A stretch of DNA of 64,000 bases from an uncultured Polaribacter sp. Its GTDB lineage: Bacteria; Bacteroidota; Bacteroidia; Flavobacteriales; Flavobacteriaceae. The position numbers were made by a program, and so were the translations under genes. Shown piece after piece: positions 29,135 to 38,535 of the stretch. The stretch's first letter is position 1. The number at the start of each line of letters is the position of its first letter. Below the pieces are notes generated by a model. That model was not told where the DNA came from, ran no database searches, and saw only the letters and a list, made by a program, of their open reading frames with translations. The DNA is taken from the NCBI RefSeq assembly GCF_964000115.1, contig NZ_CAXEWW010000005.1; one strand, given 5' to 3'.

Positions 29135-31948
29135 ATGCGATTGAAAAAGTGTGTTCATACAGTATTTATAATAGTGACCATAATGGCTACAGTGTTTGAT
29201 TCTCATGCACAAGAAGTACCCCCCATTGATATTTTTACTTCTGAAGATTATGGTGGCGGTAATCAAAATTGGTCAATTTCACAGGCAGTTAACAAGAATA
29301 TCTACGTTGCAAATAATAAAGGTTTATTAGAGTACAATGGAGCTAATTGGCAATTGTATCCAACGCCGAATGAAACTATTATGAGGTCTGTAATGTGCAT
29401 TGAAAACAAGGTGTTTACAGGGTTTTTTAGAGATTTTGGTTTTTGGACAAAAAATAAATATGGTTTTTTAGCCTATACATCACTTGTAGAAAAGAAGGGA
29501 ATACAAATGTTCGAGGATGAACAAATTTGGGAAATTATAGAATCGGATGGATGGATTTTATTCAAGTCTTTACAGCGAATTTATTTGTATAATTTGAAGA
29601 ATAATTCTTTAAAAATCTTAGAAGGAACCGGTGTATTGGCTAAAATTTCTAAAGTGAATGACATTGTTTATTTTCAAGACTTAGAAAAGGGTGTGTTTAA
29701 AATAGAAAACGGAGCACCAGTCTTAGTTTCTAGTAATACAGTTTTTAAAAAAAATAAGCTAACAGAGATCTTTTATAAAGAGGATAAAGTCTTTTTTTTG
29801 ACACAAAAGCAAGGTTTTTATTTCTTAGAGAAGGGCATACTTAAAAAGTGGAATATTGCTGCAAATTCGTATTTGCAGAATAAAACGATATACAGTGCAG
29901 AAGTCTTGGATAACGGAACTATTATTTTAGGTTCAATTTCTAATGGTCTAATTTCTTTAAAGAGCACAGGGGAGATAGATATAGAGATAAATCAAAACTT
30001 AGGTCTCAGTAACAATACGGTTCTGGGGGTTTTTGAAGATGTAGATAAGAATATTTGGCTCGGTTTAGATAATGGAATTAATCTCGTAAATTTCGATTCT
30101 TTTTTGACAATTTATGTCAATCAAAAAGCTTTTTTAGGGACAATTTATACTGCTATTATTTTTGAGGGGTCTTTGTATTTAGGAACCAATCAAGGGTTGT
30201 TTTATAAAAAATACAAGTCTAAGGATCCGTTTAAACTGGTGAAGAATACCCAAGGTCAAGTCTGGAGTTTACGAGTAATTGATGAAACACTCTTCTGTGG
30301 ACATGATTCTGGTACTTTTGTGGTTAAAAATAGAAAAGCCAACTTGATTTTCAAGGCGCAAGGTACTTGGGATTTTAAAAGCTTGGGTAAAAACTTGATA
30401 ATTCAAGGTAATTATGATGGCTTATATATTTTAGAAAAAGAAAAAAATACGTGGGTTCTGCGAAATAAAATTAAAGGTTTTTCGAACTCTGCGAAGTATT
30501 TTATTTTGGCGAAAGATGGAGATGTTTTCGTAAATCATGAATATAAAGGAGTGTATAAATTAGAGGTAGATTCTTTATACACTAAAGTTTTAAAGACTGC
30601 AAAGGATACCTCCGTAGAAAAAGGTATTCACTCAAGTATTTTAGAACATAAAAAGGATATTTTTTATGCTTCTAAAAAAGGAGTATTTAAATACAACTTT
30701 GAGAATAGTATGTTTGTTTTGGATACAATTTATAGTGCGCTGATACCGCAAGATATCTTCGTTTCTGGGAAGCTGATTTTAGACGATTATTCTAATAAGC
30801 TGTGGTCTTTTACAAATAAAGGTCTTCGGTTCTTAAAACCTGGGAAGCTGAGTGATGAGGCCTCTTTAGTTAGTATACCTATTAAAAAAGCACTGTTTAG
30901 AGGTCCTGTGGGTTTTGAAAGTATCATTCATTTAGAAAATGACAAGTATCTGGTAGGTACTATAACAGGTTATTTAGTGATTGATTTAAACCAGATTACA
31001 GTAGCAGATAATTTAGAAGTGAATATCACACACATTTTTAATTATGAATTGAATCAATCTCGAAAGAATAGCTATTTGCAGAAAGAAGTTCAGTATGATA
31101 ATAACGTTAATAATTTAGAATTTTTTTATAGTGTGCCTTATTTTGATAAGACTTCCAATATTTTATTTCAACAAAAGCTCGAAGGCTATAATAGTAAATG
31201 GAGCGCATTTGAAAGCTCAAATTCTACCTTGTTTGAAAATTTACCTTTTGGAAGTTATAAATTTAAAGTACGCTCATTGGTTGCAGGAAACTTAACTTCA
31301 AATGTAGCGGAGTTTAAGTTTTCTATTGAAAAGCCATGGTTTTTATCAAACATTGCGGTTTCCTGCTATGCAACGCTGCTATTGACACTAATCTTTATTT
31401 GGTATGTTTTGTCAAAAAAATATTACAATAGAAAACAAGAAAAGGTATTATTTAAGGCCCAAAAAGAATTAGAATTAAAAGAGTTGGAAAGTTCGCAGAA
31501 AATTATCAAGTTGAATAATGATAAACTTAGGAGTGATATTGAAAGTAAAAACAGAGAATTAGCCACTTCTACCATGAGTATTATTAAAAAGAATGAGTTT
31601 TTAAATTCCATAAAAAATGAACTTTTAGATAGCAAAGAAAAAGACTTCGCTAAGGTTGTTAAGATTATAGACAAAAACTTAAACAATACAGATGATTGGA
31701 AATTATTTCAAGAGGCATTTAATAATGCAGATCGTAAGTTTTTAGATAAACTAAAGGCGAAGCATCCGGGATTAACTCCCAATGATTTGCGTTTATGTGC
31801 CTACTTGCGCTTAAATCTCTCTTCAAAAGAAATTGCGCCGCTATTAAATATATCCTCTAGAAGTGTGGAAGTGAAAAGATATAGATTGCGTAAAAAAATG
31901 GCTTTAGATCATGATGCCAATCTTACAAATTATATTTTGGAACTCTAG
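29135..31948 (+). CDS. Membrane-tethered one-component PUL regulator: signal peptide + beta-propeller repeats + Y_Y_Y domain + TM helix + coiled coil + LuxR-type HTH (937 aa)
   Basis: The N-terminal two-component-regulator-propeller-like repeats contain W/Y/G-rich blades (NWSISQ..., LGLDNGINLV, LGTNQGLF). A Y_Y_Y-like segment follows (FFYSVPYFD...YKFKVRS), then a TM helix (IAVSCYATLLLTLIFIWYVL). The C-terminal HTH is LTPNDLRLCAYLRLNLSSKEIAPLLNISSRSVEVKRYRLRKKM. No kinase or receiver motifs seen. Confidence 0.8.
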   Translation: MRLKKCVHTVFIIVTIMATVFDSHAQEVPPIDIFTSEDYGGGNQNWSISQAVNKNIYVANNKGLLEYNGANWQLYPTPNETIMRSVMCIENKVFTGFFRDFGFWTKNKYGFLAYTSLVEKKGIQMFEDEQIWEIIESDGWILFKSLQRIYLYNLKNNSLKILEGTGVLAKISKVNDIVYFQDLEKGVFKIENGAPVLVSSNTVFKKNKLTEIFYKEDKVFFLTQKQGFYFLEKGILKKWNIAANSYLQNKTIYSAEVLDNGTIILGSISNGLISLKSTGEIDIEINQNLGLSNNTVLGVFEDVDKNIWLGLDNGINLVNFDSFLTIYVNQKAFLGTIYTAIIFEGSLYLGTNQGLFYKKYKSKDPFKLVKNTQGQVWSLRVIDETLFCGHDSGTFVVKNRKANLIFKAQGTWDFKSLGKNLIIQGNYDGLYILEKEKNTWVLRNKIKGFSNSAKYFILAKDGDVFVNHEYKGVYKLEVDSLYTKVLKTAKDTSVEKGIHSSILEHKKDIFYASKKGVFKYNFENSMFVLDTIYSALIPQDIFVSGKLILDDYSNKLWSFTNKGLRFLKPGKLSDEASLVSIPIKKALFRGPVGFESIIHLENDKYLVGTITGYLVIDLNQITVADNLEVNITHIFNYELNQSRKNSYLQKEVQYDNNVNNLEFFYSVPYFDKTSNILFQQKLEGYNSKWSAFESSNSTLFENLPFGSYKFKVRSLVAGNLTSNVAEFKFSIEKPWFLSNIAVSCYATLLLTLIFIWYVLSKKYYNRKQEKVLFKAQKELELKELESSQKIIKLNNDKLRSDIESKNRELATSTMSIIKKNEFLNSIKNELLDSKEKDFAKVVKIIDKNLNNTDDWKLFQEAFNNADRKFLDKLKAKHPGLTPNDLRLCAYLRLNLSSKEIAPLLNISSRSVEVKRYRLRKKMALDHDANLTNYILEL

Positions 31949-32059
31949 GTTCATGAAATCAGGAGCTAATAACATAACATTACCACAACATTCAGGATTC
32001 TTATACTTTACAATATCCTTGTGAACGCAATGATACTTATGAATTTTTATTTTTCTGTC

Positions 32060-32102
32060 TTTTATAAAGGATGTATGTTTTTTATAGGGGTCTTTTTTGC
32101 GG
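32060..32102 (+). promoter_or_regulatory. Candidate operator/promoter: tandem TTTTATAAAGGA (32060-32071) and TTTTATAGGGGT (32080-32091) followed by CTTTTTTGCGG
   Basis: Direct repeat with 20-nt spacing, 54-96 nt upstream of the susC-like ATG. The string 32080-32102 matches 56319-56341 at 19 of 23 positions. Confidence 0.4.
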
Positions 32103-32155
32103 ATTTAACAATTATTAAACTTTAAATTTACAAGAAACAAAAAAAAAGATTTTTC

Positions 32156-35100
32156 ATGAGAAAACAATTTATATTTCTATTCGCTGTATTATTTAGTTTT
32201 GTGTCAACAGCACAGACTTTAAATGTCGAAGGAATCGTAAAAGATCAAAGTAATGGTGATGTTCTTCCTGGAGTGAGTATTACAGTAAAAGGATCCAATA
32301 GGGGTACACAAACTGATTTTGATGGCTATTATAGTTTCAAGAATCTTGAGAAAGGAGTTGTGCTTGTTTTTAGATATTTAGGATACAAACGAAAAGAGGA
32401 AATTGTACAAGGTGCTTTAATGAATGTGGCTTTAGAAATTGAAGCAGAGTCCTTAGGAGAAATTGTAGTGATAGGCTATGGTACGCAGCGTAAAAAAGAG
32501 TCTACAGGTGCGGTGTCTGTGGTAGATGCCAAATCTATTGCAAAGTTAAATCCAACTAGGATTGAACAAGCTTTGCAAGGGCAGGTATCGGGAGTAAATA
32601 TTACTTCGAATTCTGGTTCACCTGGTAGTGGTTTAAACATAAGAATTAGAGGTGTTTCCACAAATGGAGACAACAGTCCTTTAATTTTAGTAGATGGAAA
32701 TAGAATTTCAGATTTATCTGTAATTAATCCAAACGATATAAAGAGCGTCAACGTTTTGAAAGATGCAACTGCTGCTATTTATGGAGTGCTTGCTGCGAAT
32801 GGCGTTATACTTATAGAAACTAAATCGGGTAAGAAAAACACAGATTTAAAATTTACTGTAAACTCTAACTTTAGTTTGCAACAAACTAGTAAGAAAATAA
32901 ACTTATTGAATGGAGCCGGTTTAGCAGCGTATATAAATGAAGCAAGAAATACTAGCAATTATTTTGTACAAGAAGGTACTGGGCTCGTATTTGATTCAAG
33001 AATAAGTTCTACTGTTGCATTACCGAATACAGATTGGCAAAATGAAGTGTTCCAACTAGCACCCATGTTTGATGCGAATATTAATGCCAGTGGAGGTGCT
33101 GATAAAATAGCTTATTCTTTAGGAACTTCTTTTTTAACGCAAGATGGTATTATCGGCGCAGATAAGTCTAACTATAATAGACTTACAGCAAGAGCTAATA
33201 TTCAATATGATGTTACAGATAAATTAAAATTATCTGCAACGACTATGTATACGCATTCAAAAAAGAATTCGTTGGCTGAGGGTGGTATTGGAGCTGTACT
33301 TTACAATGCAGTAAATGCAGATCCTTTTACTTTGCCTGTAGATCCTACTCCGCTAGCAGATGCTGGGTTTGAAGGGTTAAGAAACGGTTATGGCATTGTT
33401 CAAACAGGTGCTATCGAAGTTTCAAATCCTTTATCTCAAATAGCAAGTACTTATAATACGGCGGTTGTAGATAAAATAAGTCCAGCATTAGCGGCAACTT
33501 ATAAATTTAGCGATAAGCTCTCCGTAAGGTCTAAGTATTTAATGAATCGTGCGGTGGTGAATGTGCAAATATTTAGACCATTGGTTTTTTTAGGAGGTAA
33601 TAAGTCTTTAAGCAGAACAACAAACAATGAGTTTTTGGACAATAAAGACACCTACGATGATTATACTTGGAACAACATAATAACCTATGAAGATAGCTTT
33701 AATGATGCACACAACATAAAAATATTACTAGGGCACGAAATGTTTGAAACAAAAGGATTGTTTGCGGGTCAAACAGGAGTTGGTTTATTGAATGGTGCTA
33801 ATGCTTTTTCAGATGCTAGTATATCTAATTCTGAAGTGGTTAATCCTCGTTTTCAACCTGCAGCTATAGAGACAGGTGGAAATCAATTTAAGAACAGATT
33901 ACTTTCTTATTTTGGAAGGTTGCAATATGCGTACAAAGAAAAATATTTGGTATCTGCTTTATTAAGGAGAGATCAGTCTTCTAGGTTTAGTAAGGCGGAA
34001 AACTTTAACGTAGGTTATTTCAACTCTGTTTCATTAGGTTGGAATATTTCGGAAGAAAACTTCTTGAAAGATAATGATTTTGTGAGTTCTGTTAAACTGA
34101 GAGCAAGTTATGGTCAATTAGGAAGTGATAGAGTTTCAGGTGGTAATTTCCCCTATGTAGGTTCTTTAAATGGTGAAGGGACCTATAGTAATAACGAAGA
34201 AACGCTAGAATCGGAATTGTTGGTTGGAGTTGCAGAAGGTCAGTTAGGAAATCCGTTTTTAAAATGGGAAACAACATCTACGGGAAATATTGGTTTAGAT
34301 GTTGCGCTTTTAGGAAATAAGATTTCTTTTAATTTAGATGTCTTCCAAAAGACAACAGATGATTTATTAATTCAGCCACAGTCATCAGGCTTAACTGGCG
34401 TTGCTGGAATAGGCTCTAGTGCACCCGCAATTAATGCAGGTACTGTAGAGAACTCTGGAGTAGAATTTTTAATATCTTATAGAGATCAATTTTCAGAAGA
34501 TTTCAAATTTAATACAAGTTTTAATTTTACGACGATAAAGAATAATGTCACCTATGTTGGAAATTTAGCAGGCTTTGAACAAGGTGGTGGTTTTGGAGTA
34601 GGTACAGGAATCGTTACTTCGCGTATGGAGGCTGGTCATTCTTTGGGATATTTTTACGGATATAAAACAAATGGAATTTATCAGAACCAAGGCGAAATAG
34701 ATGTTTTAAATGCAGGTGCAGGGTCAAATGATAACGTTTATCATACGGGCGCGGGTGTTGGAGATTTAAGATTTGTAGATACCAATGGAGATGGATATAT
34801 TTCAGAGGTTGACAAAACAGATATTGGAGATCCTATTGCGGATATTACGGCCGGGTTAAATTTAGGTTTTTCTTATAAAAAAATAGATTTTAGTGCCGCT
34901 GCTATTGGTTCATTTGGGAATAATATGGTAAGAGATTATCAAAGATTTAATTTATTAGCAAATAAAAGTGAAAGGCTTATAAATAGATGGACTCCAACAA
35001 ATCCTAGCAATACAATACCAAGAGCTACTTCGGGAGCTTCCATAAATACAGATCTATTTTCAGATTATTTTGTAGAAGATGCCTCTTTTGTAAGAATCCA

Positions 35101-35320
35101 GAATGTTCAAGTAGGATACACCTTTGATAAAGAAGCACTAGACAGAATAAGTGTAGATAGTTTGCGTTTATTTCTATCAGCAAATAACCTGCATACTTTT
35201 ACAAAATATTCAGGATATGATCCTTCCGCTTCGAGTGGACAAGCTATTGGAGGGGGAATCGATAGAGGTTTTTATCCAGTTGCAAAAACAATCATTTTAG
35301 GATTTAGTTTAACTTTTTAA
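32156..35320 (+). CDS. SusC-like TonB-dependent outer membrane transporter (1054 aa)
   Basis: Signal peptide, CarboxypepD_reg-like domain (VKDQSNGDVLPGVSITVKGSNRGTQTDFDGYYSF), plug with IVVIGYGTQRKKESTGAV, and a C-terminal aromatic residue (LTF). No STN/anti-sigma domain. Confidence 0.9.
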   Translation: MRKQFIFLFAVLFSFVSTAQTLNVEGIVKDQSNGDVLPGVSITVKGSNRGTQTDFDGYYSFKNLEKGVVLVFRYLGYKRKEEIVQGALMNVALEIEAESLGEIVVIGYGTQRKKESTGAVSVVDAKSIAKLNPTRIEQALQGQVSGVNITSNSGSPGSGLNIRIRGVSTNGDNSPLILVDGNRISDLSVINPNDIKSVNVLKDATAAIYGVLAANGVILIETKSGKKNTDLKFTVNSNFSLQQTSKKINLLNGAGLAAYINEARNTSNYFVQEGTGLVFDSRISSTVALPNTDWQNEVFQLAPMFDANINASGGADKIAYSLGTSFLTQDGIIGADKSNYNRLTARANIQYDVTDKLKLSATTMYTHSKKNSLAEGGIGAVLYNAVNADPFTLPVDPTPLADAGFEGLRNGYGIVQTGAIEVSNPLSQIASTYNTAVVDKISPALAATYKFSDKLSVRSKYLMNRAVVNVQIFRPLVFLGGNKSLSRTTNNEFLDNKDTYDDYTWNNIITYEDSFNDAHNIKILLGHEMFETKGLFAGQTGVGLLNGANAFSDASISNSEVVNPRFQPAAIETGGNQFKNRLLSYFGRLQYAYKEKYLVSALLRRDQSSRFSKAENFNVGYFNSVSLGWNISEENFLKDNDFVSSVKLRASYGQLGSDRVSGGNFPYVGSLNGEGTYSNNEETLESELLVGVAEGQLGNPFLKWETTSTGNIGLDVALLGNKISFNLDVFQKTTDDLLIQPQSSGLTGVAGIGSSAPAINAGTVENSGVEFLISYRDQFSEDFKFNTSFNFTTIKNNVTYVGNLAGFEQGGGFGVGTGIVTSRMEAGHSLGYFYGYKTNGIYQNQGEIDVLNAGAGSNDNVYHTGAGVGDLRFVDTNGDGYISEVDKTDIGDPIADITAGLNLGFSYKKIDFSAAAIGSFGNNMVRDYQRFNLLANKSERLINRWTPTNPSNTIPRATSGASINTDLFSDYFVEDASFVRIQNVQVGYTFDKEALDRISVDSLRLFLSANNLHTFTKYSGYDPSASSGQAIGGGIDRGFYPVAKTIILGFSLTF

Positions 35321-35331
35321 TTTAGTACAAT

Positions 35332-36915
35332 ATGAAAACATATCAAATAAAAAAATATAGTAAAGCTGTCATTTTTAGTATGGTATTAGGGGGGATTTTG
35401 GTTTCTTGTAATTCTTTTATAGATGATCTAGAGCCAATAGCCCAGGATTCTGATAACTATTTTAATTCAGAAGAGGATTATGACAAAGCACTCATTGGGG
35501 CGTATGATATGTTGCAGTCTACATATCTAAACATTTTATCCATAGTTGGAGCTTCTGATGATATTGTGCTCGGTGGGGATCCCTTTACCTATGATCAGCC
35601 GACTTTGCAAAGAATAGATAAAATGTTACATACTCCGGCGGATAACAACCAATTGAGAGATATTTGGAGGTTCATGTATGCGGCTATGGGTAGAACCAAC
35701 TATATTTTAGAATATAAAGATAAAACGGATTTTGATGGAAAGGATGAAGTGGTTGCGCAAGCTTATTTTTTAAGAGCATATTTTGCATTTGAATTGGTAA
35801 AATTCTTTGGCGATATTCCATTGTCCGTAGAGGAAAGAGGTGGCGTTCTTAGAATCAAAAATAAACGTATCAGAATTGGAGAACAATACGATGTGGATAG
35901 AGTAGGCAGCATTGAACAGGTATATGCTTTAATTGAAGAAGATTTAAAAGAAGCGATTCTTCTCGGTTTGCCGCAGTTTACTACAGTACGAGCTGAAAAA
36001 TACAAAATAACCAAAACTGCAGCACATGCTTTATTGGGGAAAGTCTATTTGTACCACGCTAAATTTGACGCTAGTAAATTTACTGCAGCTTCAACAGAGT
36101 TAAACGCAGTAATTAATAGCGGTTTTTATAGTCTTGCGCCCTTAGAAACATTGTTTCAAAAAAGTGGGGAAAATGGATTAGGTTCTGTTTTTGAAGTACA
36201 ATACACAAGTGTAGAAGGTGCTGGTTGGAACTGCATACAGTGCAGTGAAGGTAATTATTTGCCACAAAATAATGCACCAAGAGATTATACAGGACCAGTA
36301 TATAAATTTGGATGGGGATTTAGCTTGCCGACACAGCAGTTATATGATGCGTATTCAAATGGAGATCAAAGGAGAGGCATTACTATTTTGGAACCAAAAC
36401 TGACGGATTATTCACAAAGTAGAGAAAATACAGGTTATTTTTCTAAAAAATATCTACCTACACAAGAGAATGAAGATACAAGAACAGGTTCAGACCCTTT
36501 AAATTATGATAATAATTACAGATCTATTCGATATGCAGATGTCTTATTAATGGCTGCGGAGGCGGCTGCACAGGGTGGTGGTGCTAGCGCAATTTCGTAT
36601 TTAAACCAGGTTAGAAGTAGAGCTTTCGGAAACAATTCGCATGATTATCCGTATAATGGGGAGTCCGATTTAATCGCTGCGATTGCCAATGAAAGACGCT
36701 TAGAGCTTGCTGGTGAGGGGCATCGATTTTTTGATTTGGTAAGAACGGGTAAGGCAAAATTAGCTTTCGATGCTTATAACGCAACTAGGCCTGATAAAAC
36801 ATCAGAAACTGAAATAAAATTTGTAGTAAATAAAAACGAAGTATTTCCAATACCATTGGTAGAGCTAGAGCTTGCCAATGCTGTAAGTACTTGGGGACAA
36901 AATCAAGGATATTAA
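35332..36915 (+). CDS. SusD-like (RagB/SusD family) lipoprotein (527 aa)
   Basis: Lipobox LVSC, immediately downstream of the SusC-like gene. The C-terminal motif ERRLELAGEGHRFFDLVR is typical of SusD. Confidence 0.9.
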   Translation: MKTYQIKKYSKAVIFSMVLGGILVSCNSFIDDLEPIAQDSDNYFNSEEDYDKALIGAYDMLQSTYLNILSIVGASDDIVLGGDPFTYDQPTLQRIDKMLHTPADNNQLRDIWRFMYAAMGRTNYILEYKDKTDFDGKDEVVAQAYFLRAYFAFELVKFFGDIPLSVEERGGVLRIKNKRIRIGEQYDVDRVGSIEQVYALIEEDLKEAILLGLPQFTTVRAEKYKITKTAAHALLGKVYLYHAKFDASKFTAASTELNAVINSGFYSLAPLETLFQKSGENGLGSVFEVQYTSVEGAGWNCIQCSEGNYLPQNNAPRDYTGPVYKFGWGFSLPTQQLYDAYSNGDQRRGITILEPKLTDYSQSRENTGYFSKKYLPTQENEDTRTGSDPLNYDNNYRSIRYADVLLMAAEAAAQGGGASAISYLNQVRSRAFGNNSHDYPYNGESDLIAAIANERRLELAGEGHRFFDLVRTGKAKLAFDAYNATRPDKTSETEIKFVVNKNEVFPIPLVELELANAVSTWGQNQGY

Positions 36916-36989
36916 AAAAATACAGGGGGTAAAGCACAACTTGTGGAACAGTAATTATTAAAACAGAGTGTAAATTAAAAACAACAATT

Positions 36990-38435
36990 ATGAATTTATT
37001 AAAAAAAATGAGTTTCTTGCTTTTTGCAAGTTTGGTAATGGTGTCATGTAGTAGTGACGACGAGGTAGATCCTGTAGGACCAGTTATTTCTGGTTTAGAT
37101 TTTACAATTACAGCAACAGGTTCAGGAAATATTGTGGAGGTATTGCCTTCAGCAATGGGAGCAACAAGTTATTCTGTAGATTTTGGATCAGATGCAACAG
37201 ATGATGTGTTAACAACGGTAGGGCCAAAAGTTTCTTATACGTATGCAGCAACTTCGGCATCTTATGATATTACAGTAACTGCTTCTGCAACAGGTGCAGA
37301 TGACGTTATTAAAACAACTACATATGCTGTAGAAGTTGAGCAATCAGATATTGTTGGACGCTGGGTATTTTTGCATGAAGCTGGGGCTTTTGCAGTTGGT
37401 GAAACATTAGAAAACTTATCTTGGTATGCAAATCCTGTTTCTGCTGTTGTAGCTAGAGCATGTCTTTTTGATGATGTTTATGAGTTTAAAGCGGACATGT
37501 CATTTCACAATATTATGGGAGATGAAACTTGGCAAGAAGGTTCTTGGGAAAGTATAGCTGAAGAAGGCTGTGGTGCTCCTTTAGCTCCTTTTGATGGAAC
37601 TGCAACTGCAACATGGGCGCACAATTCTGCTGAAGGTACAGTAGAAATTAACGGTATGGGTGCATTTTTAGGTCTTTCTAAAGTAGCAAACGGTACTGAA
37701 CTTACAGTCTTAGCAAATGCAAAAGAAAGCATTACGTATAGCGGTGTAGTTTTTTCAGATGACAAAGATTATATGACTTTGCATATTAATATGGGACCAG
37801 GATTCTGGCAATTTAAATTTGCAAGAGAAGGTTCAGCAGGAGCTGAAAATCCAACAACAGATACCGATGGAGACGGTGTAATCGATATCAACGATGCTTG
37901 TCCAAATGTAGCTGGAGCGCAATCTGATGGATGTCCTGTTGTGGCAACACCAACATCAGCACCAGCGGCACCTACTGCAGCAGCAGCGGATGTAGCTTCT
38001 ATTTATAGTGATTCTTATACGGATATAACAAATGCTAATTATTATCCAGACTGGGGTCAATCAACTCAATTTGAGCAAATTGATATTGATGGAAATATGA
38101 TACTTGGTTATTCTCAATTGAATTATCAAGGAAATACTTTTGATGGAATTGATCTTGCGGGTAAAACAACTTTTCATATTGATGTGTATTCTACTGAAAT
38201 TGATGTTCTTAAAATAACATTGATTAATACACAGGCAGCTGGTGGAACTTTTGAAATTGGTGTTTCTAAAGCTATAACAAATGGCGAATGGACTAGTTTA
38301 GAGATTCCTTTATCGGAGTTTGATGGATTTGTAGCAAGTGGAGGAAATCTTGATCAAATTAAGTACGAGATAGGAACAGATGGAACTGGAGAAGGAAATG
38401 TATCTTTCTTTATAGATAACATCTATGTAGATTAA
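36990..38435 (+). CDS. Surface glycan-binding lipoprotein candidate: PKD/Ig-like domain + central beta domain + thrombospondin type-3-like Ca-binding repeat + Pro/Ala linker + C-terminal CBM-like module (481 aa)
   Basis: Lipobox MVSC followed by the acidic SSDDEVD. Also contains DTDGDGVIDINDACPNVAG (TSP3-like), the linker ATPTSAPAAPTAAAA, and a C-terminal beta-sandwich-like module ending FFIDNIYVD. Confidence 0.65.
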   Translation: MNLLKKMSFLLFASLVMVSCSSDDEVDPVGPVISGLDFTITATGSGNIVEVLPSAMGATSYSVDFGSDATDDVLTTVGPKVSYTYAATSASYDITVTASATGADDVIKTTTYAVEVEQSDIVGRWVFLHEAGAFAVGETLENLSWYANPVSAVVARACLFDDVYEFKADMSFHNIMGDETWQEGSWESIAEEGCGAPLAPFDGTATATWAHNSAEGTVEINGMGAFLGLSKVANGTELTVLANAKESITYSGVVFSDDKDYMTLHINMGPGFWQFKFAREGSAGAENPTTDTDGDGVIDINDACPNVAGAQSDGCPVVATPTSAPAAPTAAAADVASIYSDSYTDITNANYYPDWGQSTQFEQIDIDGNMILGYSQLNYQGNTFDGIDLAGKTTFHIDVYSTEIDVLKITLINTQAAGGTFEIGVSKAITNGEWTSLEIPLSEFDGFVASGGNLDQIKYEIGTDGTGEGNVSFFIDNIYVD

Positions 38436-38460
38436 GCATTTTTTTTCTTATTAATGTATA

Positions 38461-38492
38461 ATACCCATGCACAAATGTGTGTGGGTATTTTT
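38461..38492 (+). terminator. Intra-PUL rho-independent terminator/attenuator after the 481-aa lipoprotein gene
   Basis: ATACCCATGCAC / GTGTGTGGGTAT forms a 12-bp stem (2 G-U pairs) with a 4-nt loop, followed by TTTT(T). Confidence 0.6.
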
Positions 38493-38535
38493 AAATACTT
38501 TAGAATATTTTTTTTTATTTGAAAACATAGTAAGT

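Noticed and set aside
38467-38535. Upstream ATG start for the small CBM lipoprotein
   Set aside because: The ATG at 38467 lies inside the stem of the 38461..38492 terminator hairpin. The ATG at 38536 gives a canonical lipoprotein signal peptide.
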